Below, in pieces: positions 29,392 to 40,407 of a DNA stretch of 64,000 bases. Position 1 is the stretch's first letter; each line of letters opens with the position of its first letter. The notes beneath the pieces are model-generated. The model saw nothing but the letters and a program-made list of their open reading frames with translations. It searched no databases and was not told where the DNA came from. The DNA comes from Oscillospiraceae bacterium (GTDB taxonomy: Bacteria; Bacillota; Clostridia; Oscillospirales; Ruminococcaceae): positions 29,076 through 93,075 of the forward strand of contig JAGHIE010000005.1 of the NCBI GenBank assembly GCA_017887325.1, read 5' to 3'. Both the position numbers and the translations under genes were made by a program.

Positions 29392-30658
29392 ATTCTTTAG
29401 TAATCTTTTCTCTATAAGCTTTTGCATTTTGTTCAAATTTATTATCACCAAATTCATAGTAAACAGTACCTACCAAATCGTCTGGCAAATAATCAACTTT
29501 TACATAATGATTTTTGTAGTCATGTGGATACTTGTACCCTTGTCCTTTATGCTCACTATCTGCACCATCATAATGCATATTTTGTAAATGTCTAGGGAAC
29601 CCATTTCCCTTACCCTGTCTTATATCTTGAATTGCTCTATTAATCGCCATATAAGAACTATTTGATTTTGGTGAAGTAGCAAGTAATACAACAGCTTGTG
29701 CTAAAGGTATTCTAGCTTCTGGCAACCCTAATTGCATAGCACTATCAACACATGACTTAACAATAGATATTGCTTGTGGATATGCCATTCCTATATCTTC
29801 ACTAGCTATTACTAAAAGTCTTCTGCAAGGAGAAATCAAATCTCCATTTTCTAAAAGTCTTGCTAAATAATGAAGCCCTGCATTTTCATCTGAACCTCTA
29901 ATAGATTTTTGCAATGCTGAAAGCAAATCATAATGCTCATCACCATCTTTATCATATTTCATACTGCTTTTTTGAGTCAATTGTTTTGCAATTTCCATTG
30001 ATACTAATCTTTCAGTATCAGAAATCTTTTTACTACCCAAACAGCATAGTTCAACTGTATTTATAGACTTTCTAACATCACCACCACAATGGCTTGAAAT
30101 ATAATCCAACACACCATCTTCTATATTAATTTTTACAGACATATCTTCTTGCATAATATTAAATGCTCTTACCAACGCTTTTTTTATTTCTTCCTTCTCA
30201 ACAGGCTTAAATTCAAAAACTGTACTTCGACTTAATATTGCATTATATATGTAAAAATATGGGTTTTCAGTAGTAGACGCTATTAAAGTTATATTGCCGT
30301 TTTCTATATGTTCTAATAATGACTGTTGTTGTTTTTTATTTAGATATTGTATCTCATCTAAATATAACAAAATACCATTACAACCAATTATAGTATCAAC
30401 TTGCTCAATTATCTCTCTTATCTGTGCAGTAGAAACTGATGTCCCATTCACTTTATATAATTTTTTATTGGTTTTGCTCGCAATCAATCTTGCTAAAGTA
30501 GTTTTTCCCACTCCTGAAGGTCCATAAAAAATCATATTTGGAATAGACCCACTATCAATAATATTTTTTAAAACTTTGCCGTCATCTAACAAATGGCGTT
30601 GTCCTACTACATCAGATAAATCTTTAGGTCTTATTTTATCAGCTAAAGGTGATGACAT
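29390..30658 (-). CDS. rarA: Replication-associated recombination protein A (MgsA/RarA AAA+)
   Basis: PLADKIRP, GPSGVGKT, DEIQ, STTENPYF, ALQKSIRGSD, IASEDIGMA. Confidence 0.95.
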   Translation of the reverse strand: MSSPLADKIRPKDLSDVVGQRHLLDDGKVLKNIIDSGSIPNMIFYGPSGVGKTTLARLIASKTNKKLYKVNGTSVSTAQIREIIEQVDTIIGCNGILLYLDEIQYLNKKQQQSLLEHIENGNITLIASTTENPYFYIYNAILSRSTVFEFKPVEKEEIKKALVRAFNIMQEDMSVKINIEDGVLDYISSHCGGDVRKSINTVELCCLGSKKISDTERLVSMEIAKQLTQKSSMKYDKDGDEHYDLLSALQKSIRGSDENAGLHYLARLLENGDLISPCRRLLVIASEDIGMAYPQAISIVKSCVDSAMQLGLPEARIPLAQAVVLLATSPKSNSSYMAINRAIQDIRQGKGNGFPRHLQNMHYDGADSEHKGQGYKYPHDYKNHYVKVDYLPDDLVGTVYYEFGDNKFEQNAKAYREKITKE

Positions 30659-30668
30659 ATTTTTCTCC

Positions 30669-31451
30669 TTAAACTATATTACAAAAATTTTCCTCGCTTA
30701 CTCTTTCAAAGAAGTGTTCACAAGCTAAACGCAGTGATTTATTCCACAAATACCATTCATGTGCACCACTCCATTCTTTGTAAGTAAATGGAATTGATGT
30801 TTTTTCTAATGCTTCTTTTAACTCTGTACTCATATGATAAATAAAATCTTCTGTACCACATGTTACGAAAATTTCAGGTTTAATATCAGATTTATCACAT
30901 TTATCTATCAATGGATAAATATCATTTTCTTCTAATAATTCAAGATTTTGTCCCAATATCGCTTTTATTTCTTTATAGAAGAAATCAGTTTCATCATAAT
31001 TTAAAAATCTTTTCATGTTACAAGCTGCTGAAAAAGCTCCACAACCTTTGTATCTTTCTGGATATTTTAAAGCACATTTTAAAGCGCCATATCCACCCAT
31101 TGATAATCCCATTACAAAATTATCTTCTCTTTTATCAGATACATTAAATAATTTTTGACATATTTTAGGTAATTCTTCTGTTATGTAAGTAAAATAATTT
31201 AAACCATTTTTCATGTCTGTATAAAAACTTCTTTGAACTTCTGGCATAACGAACACAACATTATATTCATTTGCAAATAATGCTACTTGTGTGTTTTGAA
31301 ACCAAGCTGTACAGTTATCTGATAAACCATGTAACAAATAAACAACTTTATATTTTTCTTTTTGTTCTGTAATATTATCTGGGATAACAACATTTAATCC
31401 TGTTTGCATTTGTAAAGATTTTGAACTAATCATTCCATTAAAGTAAGCCAT
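30669..31451 (-). CDS. Alpha/beta hydrolase, tributyrin/EstA-type esterase
   Basis: YLLHGLSD, GLSMGGYGA nucleophile elbow, CGTED, GAHEW. Confidence 0.9.
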   Translation of the reverse strand: MAYFNGMISSKSLQMQTGLNVVIPDNITEQKEKYKVVYLLHGLSDNCTAWFQNTQVALFANEYNVVFVMPEVQRSFYTDMKNGLNYFTYITEELPKICQKLFNVSDKREDNFVMGLSMGGYGALKCALKYPERYKGCGAFSAACNMKRFLNYDETDFFYKEIKAILGQNLELLEENDIYPLIDKCDKSDIKPEIFVTCGTEDFIYHMSTELKEALEKTSIPFTYKEWSGAHEWYLWNKSLRLACEHFFERVSEENFCNIV

Positions 31452-31494
31452 ATTTTTTTCCTCTTTTCATTTTAATTTCTTTTTATATTTATAC

Positions 31495-32190
31495 TTAAAC
31501 TATTTCTGCAGGTGACACAAATGGTGTAATTAAACAACAAATTTCACCATCTTCATCATATCCCCAATAGCTTGGATAAACACCATTTCCAATACCACTA
31601 TTCATCATAACTATATTTCCTTTAGAATTAGGTATTTTAAAGTTTAACCAATCTCCTTCTGGTCTTTGCCATTTAGGATTATTTTTCCCATTTTCTTCAA
31701 ATGCTCTTGCAAAATATGTTTCGTAAATATTTGGATTTCTATATTTTTTCTTTAAATCACTACAAAACTGTGCATAATCTGCTTGAGCTGATGCATCGCA
31801 AAAACTTGCAAGACCTGTTTCAACCGGATATCCATAAATTTCATTTTCATTTAATTTATTATAATCTTCGTTGTTTTTCAATGCTAATTGAAATTTTACA
31901 GGTTCTGCTTTTGAAAAACAAAGTTTACTTGCCATATATACAGGTCCATTTTTCTTGTCTTCAAAAACTGCAACTATTACAGGAAAACTTCCTTTTCTAA
32001 CTTTTTTTGTAAATTTGTCTGTACCACCATAAGGTAAACTATATAGTGGGTCAGATACTATAATTTCACCACTAGTAACATTTAAATTCCCCAATTTTAA
32101 TATTTTAAAATTATTATCAGAAAAATATTCGTTTAAATCCATACTAGGCTCTAACTTTTTTATATACATTTTAAATCTCTCCATAATCAA
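31495..32190 (-). CDS. DUF4241-like protein
   Basis: SGEIIVSDP, VETGLASFCD, SGIGNGVYPSYWG. Confidence 0.78.
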   Translation of the reverse strand: MIMERFKMYIKKLEPSMDLNEYFSDNNFKILKLGNLNVTSGEIIVSDPLYSLPYGGTDKFTKKVRKGSFPVIVAVFEDKKNGPVYMASKLCFSKAEPVKFQLALKNNEDYNKLNENEIYGYPVETGLASFCDASAQADYAQFCSDLKKKYRNPNIYETYFARAFEENGKNNPKWQRPEGDWLNFKIPNSKGNIVMMNSGIGNGVYPSYWGYDEDGEICCLITPFVSPAEIV

Positions 32191-32284
32191 ATTATTGATT
32201 ATAGAATAGCATATTTTTTTATTTTATTAAATAGATTTTTATTAAAAAAATAAAAAGTGAGAGCATATGCTCTCACTTTTTTAA

Positions 32285-33664
32285 TTAAAATTCCATTTTT
32301 TCAGAAATATAAGAAACTAAATCATCAATGCTAATTCTTTCTTGCTCCATTGTATCTCTATCTCTGATAGTTACACAATTATCTTCTAAAGAATCAAAGT
32401 CATATGTGATACAGAAAGGAGTACCGATTTCGTCTTGTCTACGGTAACGTTTACCAATAGAACCAGCTTCATCATAATCAACATTAAAGTGTTTAGCTAA
32501 TTTATCATATACTTCTAAAGCTTGTTCACTTAATTTTTTAGATAAAGGTAAAATACAAGCTTTGAAAGGAGCTAAAGCTGGGTGTAAGTGCATTACAACT
32601 CTAGTATCTTTTTCGTCTAATTGTTCTTCGTCATATGCTTCACAAAGGAATGCTAATGCAACCCTATCAGCACCTAAAGATGGTTCGATAACATATGGAA
32701 CATATCTTTCATTTGTTTCTGGGTCAAAGTAATCTAAACTTTTACCACTATGTTCAATGTGACGATTTAAGTCGAAGTCTGTACGGTCAGCAATACCCCA
32801 TAATTCACCCCAACCAAATGGGAATAAATATTCAATATCTGTTGTAGCATTTGAATAGTGTGATAATTCTTCTTGGTCATGGTCACGAAGTTTCATATTT
32901 TCTTCTTTAATACCTAAACTTAATAACCAGTTTTTGCATGTATCTTTCCAATAGTTAAACCATTCTAAATCTGTACCTGGTTTGCAGAAAAATTCAAGTT
33001 CCATTTGTTCAAACTCACGAGTACGGAAAGTAAAGTTTCCTGGAGTAATTTCATTTCTAAAAGATTTACCAACTTGACAAACACCAAAAGGAAGTTTTTT
33101 TCTTGTTGTTCTTTGTACATTAGCAAAGTTTACGAAGATACCTTGTGCTGTTTCTGGACGTAAATATATTTCATTTTTAGCGTCTTCTGTAACACCTTGG
33201 AATGTTTTAAACATTAAATTAAATTTTCTGATATCTGTGAAATTTGATTTACCACAATTTGGACAAGTAATATTTTTTTCTTTGATGAATTCCATCATTT
33301 GAGCATCTGTCCAACCAGCTGGGTTTTCACCTGTTTGGTCTTCGATTAATTGGTCTGCTCTGTGACGAGTTTTACATTCTTTACAGTCCATTAATGGGTC
33401 AGAAAATCCACCAACATGTCCGGAAGCTACCCAAACTTGTGGATTCATTAATAATGCAGCATCTAAACCAACATTATAACGAGATTCTTGAACGAATTTT
33501 TTCCACCAAGCTTTTTTAACATTGTTTTTAAATTCAACACCTAAAGGACCATAATCCCAAGTGTTTGATAAACCACCATATATTTCACTACCAGCATAAA
33601 CAAAACCTCTACATTTACATAGAGCAACTATTTTTTCCATAGTTTTTTCACTATTTTTTAACAT
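32285..33664 (-). CDS. glyQS: Glycine--tRNA ligase, homodimeric type
   Basis: [44 protein letters not shown]. Start moved to ATG 33664 (GGAGG RBS). Confidence 0.97.
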   Translation of the reverse strand: MLKNSEKTMEKIVALCKCRGFVYAGSEIYGGLSNTWDYGPLGVEFKNNVKKAWWKKFVQESRYNVGLDAALLMNPQVWVASGHVGGFSDPLMDCKECKTRHRADQLIEDQTGENPAGWTDAQMMEFIKEKNITCPNCGKSNFTDIRKFNLMFKTFQGVTEDAKNEIYLRPETAQGIFVNFANVQRTTRKKLPFGVCQVGKSFRNEITPGNFTFRTREFEQMELEFFCKPGTDLEWFNYWKDTCKNWLLSLGIKEENMKLRDHDQEELSHYSNATTDIEYLFPFGWGELWGIADRTDFDLNRHIEHSGKSLDYFDPETNERYVPYVIEPSLGADRVALAFLCEAYDEEQLDEKDTRVVMHLHPALAPFKACILPLSKKLSEQALEVYDKLAKHFNVDYDEAGSIGKRYRRQDEIGTPFCITYDFDSLEDNCVTIRDRDTMEQERISIDDLVSYISEKMEF

Positions 33665-33834
33665 TGAAAAACCTCCAAAAAAATTTTTATATAAACGATA
33701 TTTATATATCATAATATACTTCATTATATTCTATTATTTTAAATCAGATATATGATAAAGTCAATATATTTTACAAATAGACTAGCTGTATGATATAATT
33801 ACATTAACTTATAAATTAAGTGAGGTAATAAAAT

Positions 33835-34782
33835 ATGAACTGGACACAAGTTAAAGTATATACAACTACACCTGCTATAGAAATAGTTTCAGGTTATTTA
33901 ATTTCACATGGATTGAGAGGACTTATGATAGAAGACTCTAATGATTTTTGCGACTTTTTAGAAGACACTACTATTCATTGGGATTACATAGATGAAGATT
34001 TAATGAAAATGAAAGAATGTCAAACAGCTATAGTTTTCTATATTCCTGATAATATACAAGGAATAGAAATGTTAAAAGCTATAAAAAATGGTATTAACTC
34101 TCTAAGAGAGCAAACTCCTGATATAGACTTTGGTTCTTTAGAATTTGAAAGCGACTCCATTAAAGAAGAAGACTGGGAAACTGCTTGGAAAAAATACTAT
34201 CACCCTGTAAAAATTGGTAAACATATAGTTGTATGTCCTTGTTGGGAAGAATGTGAACTAGACAAAGATGATGTAATTGTTAAACTAGATCCTGGTATGG
34301 CTTTTGGTACAGGTACCCATGAAACAACTAGATTGTGTATGCAATTTTTAGAACAATATATTTCTTCAGACACAACAATGCTTGATGTTGGTACTGGTAG
34401 TGGTATTTTAGCAATAACAGCATTATTATTAGGGACTAAATCTGCACTTGGTGTTGATATTGATGAGCTTTCTGTAAAAATCGCTAAGGAAAATGCTGCT
34501 TTAAATGGTGTCGAAGATAAAATAGATTTAGTATGGGGAGATTTAACAGAAAAAGTTAGTGGAACATTTGACGTTATTTGTGCTAATATCGTAGCTGATG
34601 TAATCATTAGACTATGTGATACTGTAACTCAATTTATGCACAAAGATACAGTGCTTATAGTATCCGGTATTATAGAAGACAGATGCAACGATGTTTTCAC
34701 TGCTCTTGATAATGCTGGATTAAAAATAGTTGATAAAAATCAAGAAAATGACTGGGTGTCAGTTGTTGTTAAATTAAAATAA
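33835..34782 (+). CDS. prmA: Ribosomal protein L11 methyltransferase
   Basis: DPGMAFGTGTHETT, LDVGTGSGIL, ANIVAD. Confidence 0.96.
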   Translation: MNWTQVKVYTTTPAIEIVSGYLISHGLRGLMIEDSNDFCDFLEDTTIHWDYIDEDLMKMKECQTAIVFYIPDNIQGIEMLKAIKNGINSLREQTPDIDFGSLEFESDSIKEEDWETAWKKYYHPVKIGKHIVVCPCWEECELDKDDVIVKLDPGMAFGTGTHETTRLCMQFLEQYISSDTTMLDVGTGSGILAITALLLGTKSALGVDIDELSVKIAKENAALNGVEDKIDLVWGDLTEKVSGTFDVICANIVADVIIRLCDTVTQFMHKDTVLIVSGIIEDRCNDVFTALDNAGLKIVDKNQENDWVSVVVKLK

Positions 34783-34795
34783 TTGAGGTTTTATT

Positions 34796-35446
34796 ATGAA
34801 ATATAATGCAGTACTTTTTGATTTAGACGGAACTTTGACTGATTCTTTTGAAGGTATAACAAGATCAGTTGAGTATGCACTTAACCGTATGAATATTGAA
34901 GTAAAATCTAGAGAAGATTTAAGAAAATTTATAGGTCCAACTCTTAGATATTCATTTGCCGAATTTTATGGTATGAGTGGTGAAGAATTAGACAAAGCTG
35001 TAAATTTTTATCGTTCTAGATATAAAGACTTAGGTTGGAAAGAAAACGCTCTATATCCTGATACTGAAGACATGTTAAAAAGATTATATGAAAAAGGATA
35101 TAAAATATTTATTGCTTCATCAAAACCTAAAATTTTCGTTCAAAGAATTTTAGAGCACTTTAAAATAGATAAATACTTTGTTGATATTTGTGGTTCTGAT
35201 TTAGTTGGTGGTTTACAAGAGAAAGACGAAATAATGGAGTATGTTATTAAAAACAATAATCTTGATCCAAATAAAACTATTATGGTGGGAGATAGATTGT
35301 TTGATGCTCAAGGTGCAATAAATAATAAAACTCATTTTATTGGAGCTTTATATGGGTTTGGTTCTTATGAAGAATTAAGTAAATATCCTAACATACTACT
35401 AGCTGAAACTACAACTCAAATCGCAGATTTTTTGTGTAATGAATAA
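34796..35446 (+). CDS. HAD-superfamily hydrolase (Gph-like)
   Basis: FDLDGTLTDS, ASSK, MVGDRLFD. Confidence 0.92.
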   Translation: MKYNAVLFDLDGTLTDSFEGITRSVEYALNRMNIEVKSREDLRKFIGPTLRYSFAEFYGMSGEELDKAVNFYRSRYKDLGWKENALYPDTEDMLKRLYEKGYKIFIASSKPKIFVQRILEHFKIDKYFVDICGSDLVGGLQEKDEIMEYVIKNNNLDPNKTIMVGDRLFDAQGAINNKTHFIGALYGFGSYEELSKYPNILLAETTTQIADFLCNE

Positions 35447-36128
35447 TAATGATGTTGGTACTTTAAACGAAAAAGATATTCATGCTTTTCTAAAAAATCA
35501 TTATCAACCCAACAGTGATTATCAAGAAATAAAAATAGGGAATTTTATTGCAGATATATTTTATAACAATACTGTAATTGAAATTCAAACTTCTAATTTT
35601 TCTAATTTAAGAAAAAAACTAGAGTATTACTTACCACTTTATAAAGTAATTATCGTCTACCCTATTTCTCAAATAAAATATATTTCTTGGATAAATATAG
35701 ATAACGGTGAATCCTCTACTCCTAGAAAATCACCTAAAAATTCAAATATATTTGATAGTGCTTGGGAATTAAATAAAATTTCTGAATTTCTAACCCATGA
35801 AAATTTAGAAATCCACCTTGTATTTTTAGAAAGCATTGAATATAAATTGTTAAATGGTTTTGGAAAGTCTAAAAAAATGAAGGCAAAAAAATATGAAAGT
35901 AAGCCTATAAAAATATTATCCACGACTACTCTTAAAAGTATTGATGACTTTTATAAGTTTATTCCTAATAACATAAACCAAACATTTACAGTAAAAGATA
36001 TATCAAAAGCTATAAAGAGAAATGATAAAAGAACAAGACAAGTAGTATCTCTATTACAAAACTTACTATTAATTAGAAGATGTGGAAAAATCAAAAACGC
36101 ATATATTTACGAAATAAATAAACTCTAA
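35439..36128 (+). CDS. Hypothetical protein with PD-(D/E)XK nuclease-like motif
   Basis: IADI...IEIQTSNF; start overlaps the HAD stop codon. Confidence 0.6.
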   Translation: MNNNDVGTLNEKDIHAFLKNHYQPNSDYQEIKIGNFIADIFYNNTVIEIQTSNFSNLRKKLEYYLPLYKVIIVYPISQIKYISWINIDNGESSTPRKSPKNSNIFDSAWELNKISEFLTHENLEIHLVFLESIEYKLLNGFGKSKKMKAKKYESKPIKILSTTTLKSIDDFYKFIPNNINQTFTVKDISKAIKRNDKRTRQVVSLLQNLLLIRRCGKIKNAYIYEINKL

Positions 36129-36153
36129 GTATAATTATACTTAGAGTTTATTT

Positions 36154-37434
36154 TTATATTATATTAAAAGCTTTATCCATAGCATATAATGTTTTTTCTA
36201 TCATCTCATCTGTATGAGCATTAGACATAAATATCGCTTCAAATTGAGAAGGTGCTAAATATATTCCTTGTTTTAACATCTCATTAAAATATTTTGCAAA
36301 CATTTTAGTATCAGAAGTTTTTGCTGTTTCATAATCAATTACAGATTTTTCTGTAAATAATAAACATGATAAAGAACCAACTCCTGTTACTTGATATGGT
36401 AAACTGTGTTTGATCAAAATTTCTTTCATACCTTTTCTTAACATTTCACCTTTAGCGTTGATATTATCATATATATGTTTATTTTCTAGTAAAATTCTTA
36501 ACTGACAAATTCCAGCTGACATAGCTATCGGATTTCCACTCAAAGTCCCTGCTTGATATACGCTTCCAACAGGTGAAACACATTTCATTATTTCTTTTTT
36601 CCCACCATATGCTCCAACTGGCATACCTGCTCCAACTATTTTACCAAATGTTGTTAAATCCGGAGTAATTGAATATAAACCTTGTGCTCCATCTAATCCT
36701 AATCTAAATCCAGTTATAACTTCATCAAATATTAACAATGAATTATATTTATCACATAACTCTCTCAATTGTTTCAAGAAATTCTCTTTTGGAGTAACAA
36801 CACCCATATTGGCAGCCACTGGTTCTATTATAACTGCTGCAATATTATCTTTGTTATTTTCAAACAATTCTTTTACACTATCAATATTATTATATTTTGC
36901 TGTTAATGTGTCCATAGCACAACCTTTTGGTACACCTGCACTATCTGGAATACCATCTGTCATAAGTCCAGACCCTGCTTTAACAAGCATTGCATCACAA
37001 TGTCCATGATAACAACCTTCAAATTTTATAATTTTATCTTTTTTAGTGTATCCCCTTGCAACTCTGATAGCACTCATAACAGCTTCTGTGCCAGAATTTA
37101 CCATTCTAACCATTTCAATAGAAGGAACTATATCACAAATTAATTTAGCCATTTCAACTTCTATCTGTGTAGCAGCTCCAAAACTCAAACCATTTTCAAC
37201 AGCTTCTTTAACAGCATTTTTTATTTCTATATTATTATGTCCTAAAATCATAGGACCCCATGAACCTATATAATCTATATATTCATTTTCATCTACATCA
37301 ACTATTTTTGCACCATTAGCACTTTTTATAAATCTTGGTGTACCACCAACAGAAGCAAATGCTCTAACAGGGCTATTTACCCCACCTGGCATTACTTCAA
37401 CAGCTTCTTTAAATATTCTTTCAGATTTACTCAT
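36154..37434 (-). CDS. hemL: Glutamate-1-semialdehyde 2,1-aminomutase
   Basis: MPGGVNSPVRAF, NSGTEA, GCYHGH, FDEVITGFR, TFGKIVGAGMP. Confidence 0.97.
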   Translation of the reverse strand: MSKSERIFKEAVEVMPGGVNSPVRAFASVGGTPRFIKSANGAKIVDVDENEYIDYIGSWGPMILGHNNIEIKNAVKEAVENGLSFGAATQIEVEMAKLICDIVPSIEMVRMVNSGTEAVMSAIRVARGYTKKDKIIKFEGCYHGHCDAMLVKAGSGLMTDGIPDSAGVPKGCAMDTLTAKYNNIDSVKELFENNKDNIAAVIIEPVAANMGVVTPKENFLKQLRELCDKYNSLLIFDEVITGFRLGLDGAQGLYSITPDLTTFGKIVGAGMPVGAYGGKKEIMKCVSPVGSVYQAGTLSGNPIAMSAGICQLRILLENKHIYDNINAKGEMLRKGMKEILIKHSLPYQVTGVGSLSCLLFTEKSVIDYETAKTSDTKMFAKYFNEMLKQGIYLAPSQFEAIFMSNAHTDEMIEKTLYAMDKAFNII

Positions 37435-37441
37435 AATTTAC

Positions 37442-38425
37442 CTACCCTATTCTACCTTCATCAATATATTTAGCCAAATCTTTTGCATAATATGTTATTA
37501 AAATATCTGCTCCAGCTCTAAAAATACTTGTAGCTGTTTCACACACTATATCAGCTTCATTTATAAATCCCATTTTGGAAGCTGCTTTTATCATAGAATA
37601 TTCTCCACTTACACTATATGCAGATACTGGTACATTCACCAAATCAGAAACATCTTTAATTATATCTAAATATGATAAAGCTGGTTTTACCATAATAATA
37701 TCTGCACCTTCATCTATATCTGTCAATGCTTCTTTAATAGCTTCTTTTTTATTATGGTAATCCATTTGATATGTTTTTCTATCACCAAAAGATGGTGCTG
37801 AACCAGCAGCTTCTCTAAATGGACCATAAAAAGCAGATGAATACTTAACAGCGTATGACATTATTGGAGTATTTACAAATCCATTTTTGTCTAAATCTTG
37901 TCTGATTTTTAATATTCTACCATCCATCATATCAGATGGTGCTACCATATCGGCACCTGCTTGAACATGAGATAATGCTGTTTTTGATAATAATTCTAAA
38001 GTTTTATCATTGTCAACATAGTTGTTATTTAGACAACCACAATGTCCATGAGAAGTATACTCACACATACAAACATCTGTAATAAAATACATATCAGGAA
38101 ATTCAGCTTTAGCTATTTTTAAAGCTGTTTGTACTATACCATTTTCATCAAAAGCAGAAGAACCTATTTCGTCTTTATAATTAGGTATTCCAAATAATAA
38201 AACATTATTTACTCCCGATTTTTGCAATTCGTCTAAAGCAAATAATAATTTATCAGGTGAATATCTATATTGCCCTTCCATAGACTCTATTTCTTCTTTT
38301 ATATTTTTGCCTTCTTTTACAAATATTGGATAAATTAAAGAATTTTTAGAAACTCTTGTTTCTCTTACCATATTTCTAAGATTAATATTATTTCTCAATC
38401 TCCTTGAGCGTTTAAGTAATTCCAT
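37442..38425 (-). CDS. hemB: Porphobilinogen synthase, Zn-type
   Basis: DVCMCEYTSHGHCG, APSDMMDGR, KYSSAFYGPFR, MVKP. Confidence 0.97.
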   Translation of the reverse strand: MELLKRSRRLRNNINLRNMVRETRVSKNSLIYPIFVKEGKNIKEEIESMEGQYRYSPDKLLFALDELQKSGVNNVLLFGIPNYKDEIGSSAFDENGIVQTALKIAKAEFPDMYFITDVCMCEYTSHGHCGCLNNNYVDNDKTLELLSKTALSHVQAGADMVAPSDMMDGRILKIRQDLDKNGFVNTPIMSYAVKYSSAFYGPFREAAGSAPSFGDRKTYQMDYHNKKEAIKEALTDIDEGADIIMVKPALSYLDIIKDVSDLVNVPVSAYSVSGEYSMIKAASKMGFINEADIVCETATSIFRAGADILITYYAKDLAKYIDEGRIG

Positions 38426-38530
38426 ATCTACACTACCTATCTATAAATTTATAAACCTTTTATATATTAATACATTTATTATACTATTGCAAACAAAAAA
38501 GCAACAATATAAATTGTTGCTTTTTTATTA

Positions 38531-40255
38531 TTATTTTCTAAATTGATATTTATACAATTCTGAGTAAATTCCACCTTTATCAAGTAAATCTTGATGTGTA
38601 CCTCTTTCTTTTATACCTTCATCATCTAATACGATGATTTCATCAGCATTCTTTATAGTTGATAATCTGTGAGCTACAACAATACAAGTTCTGCCTTTAG
38701 ATAATTCTTCTAAAGATTGTTGAATTAACATTTCTGTTGCATTATCTAAAGCAGATGTGGCCTCATCTAATATTAATATAGCAGGATTTTTCAAGAATAC
38801 TCTAGCAATAGAAACTCTTTGTTTTTGCCCACCAGATAACTTAACGCCTCTTTCACCAATATATGTGTCATATCCATTTTCCATTTGCATTATTGCTTCA
38901 TGGATATTTGCTTTTTTAGCAGCTTCAATAATTTCTTCATCTGTTGCATCTAAATTACCATAAGCTATATTTTCTTTAATTGTTCCTGTAAATAAAAATA
39001 CATCTTGTGCAACCATACCGATATTTTTTCTCAAAGATTCTCTAGAAACATCTCTTATATCTACACCATCTATTAAAATACTACCTGAATTAATCTCATA
39101 AAATCTAGGTATTAAATGGCACAAAGTAGTCTTTCCACCACCTGATGGACCAACAATAGCAACTGTTTTTCCACTTTTTATATCTAAATCTAAATTATTT
39201 ATAATCAAATCATTATCTTCATTACTGTCTGTATATGAAAAACATACATTTTTAAATTCTATATTTCCTTTAACATTTTCTAAATTAACAGCATTTTCTT
39301 TTTCTTGTTCTTCAGAAACATTCATAATTTCTTGGAATCTTTCAAATCCTGTCATACCATTTTGTAATTGCTCATAAAACTGTACCAATCTTTTTATTGG
39401 ATTTAAAAACATAGTTATAAATAAAACATATTTTGCAAATTCACCAACTGTAATTATTTGATAATAACAGAACAATCCACCTGCTACTAAAACAATCAAA
39501 TATAGTAAATCTGTAAAAAGACCCATTCCGGAGAAAAAATATCCCATAACTTTATATGCTCTACTTCTAGCTTTTTTAAAGTTATTATTATGATATTCAA
39601 ATTTATTTTCTTCGTGGCTAGAAGAAGTGTAAGATCTTGATACTTTTATCCCCGCAATAGAGTTTTCTAAACTAGCATTAACTTCAGCAATTTCTTCTCT
39701 TGTTTCAGTAAAAGCTTTACTCATACTTTTTCTCATTTTAACAGAAAAAATAATTATAAAAGGTAAAGTAATAAATATAATTAATGTTAGTGGTATATTT
39801 ATTGTACAAAGTATGATAAATGCACCTAATAAAGAAATTACAGAAATAAATAAATCCTCTGGACCATGATGTGCTAACTCTGAAATATCCATCAAGTCAT
39901 TTATAATCCTAGACATTATTGTACCTGTTTTGTTCTCATCAAAATATGAAAAAGGTAATTTTTGTAGTTTTCTAAATACATCTTTTCTCATATCAGCCTG
40001 CATTCTAACACCAACTACATGCCCATAATATTGTATAAACCAGTTTAATCCAGCCTTAATAACATATATAATAAATAATGCTAATCCCCAAGTTAATAAC
40101 AATTTTAACTTTTTATTAGGAATATAATCATCTATCATATTACCTGCTATTATTGGATAAAATAAATCACAAACTGCAACCAAAAATGCACATATCATAT
40201 CCCATATAAATAATTTTTTATGTGGTTTATAATATGATATAAACTTTTTAATCAT
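38531..40255 (-). CDS. ABC exporter, fused permease and ATPase
   Basis: TM domain, GPSGGGKT, LSGGQKQR, LDEATSALD, VAHRLST. Confidence 0.93.
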   Translation of the reverse strand: MIKKFISYYKPHKKLFIWDMICAFLVAVCDLFYPIIAGNMIDDYIPNKKLKLLLTWGLALFIIYVIKAGLNWFIQYYGHVVGVRMQADMRKDVFRKLQKLPFSYFDENKTGTIMSRIINDLMDISELAHHGPEDLFISVISLLGAFIILCTINIPLTLIIFITLPFIIIFSVKMRKSMSKAFTETREEIAEVNASLENSIAGIKVSRSYTSSSHEENKFEYHNNNFKKARSRAYKVMGYFFSGMGLFTDLLYLIVLVAGGLFCYYQIITVGEFAKYVLFITMFLNPIKRLVQFYEQLQNGMTGFERFQEIMNVSEEQEKENAVNLENVKGNIEFKNVCFSYTDSNEDNDLIINNLDLDIKSGKTVAIVGPSGGGKTTLCHLIPRFYEINSGSILIDGVDIRDVSRESLRKNIGMVAQDVFLFTGTIKENIAYGNLDATDEEIIEAAKKANIHEAIMQMENGYDTYIGERGVKLSGGQKQRVSIARVFLKNPAILILDEATSALDNATEMLIQQSLEELSKGRTCIVVAHRLSTIKNADEIIVLDDEGIKERGTHQDLLDKGGIYSELYKYQFRK

Positions 40256-40407
40256 ATAATCTCCCCCTCTTTATTAACAATTTTTTTATATAAAATTATT
40301 ATAATATCTAACTTTTTTAGTGTCAATAAATCTAATATTTTCACAATTGCAGTTTACAAAAATATTGTGTATCATATATTATATAATTATTTAAAAGGGG
40401 GTTTTAT

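Noticed and set aside
32252-32282. GAGCATATGCTC as a second DUF134 operator
   Set aside because: It is the centre of a perfect A/T-flanked hairpin right after the glyQS stop, so a terminator explains it.
33665-33834. T-box leader for glyQS (also looked for before ilvD and lysS)
   Set aside because: The gaps are too short and contain no GGUGGUACCGCG-like T-box sequence.
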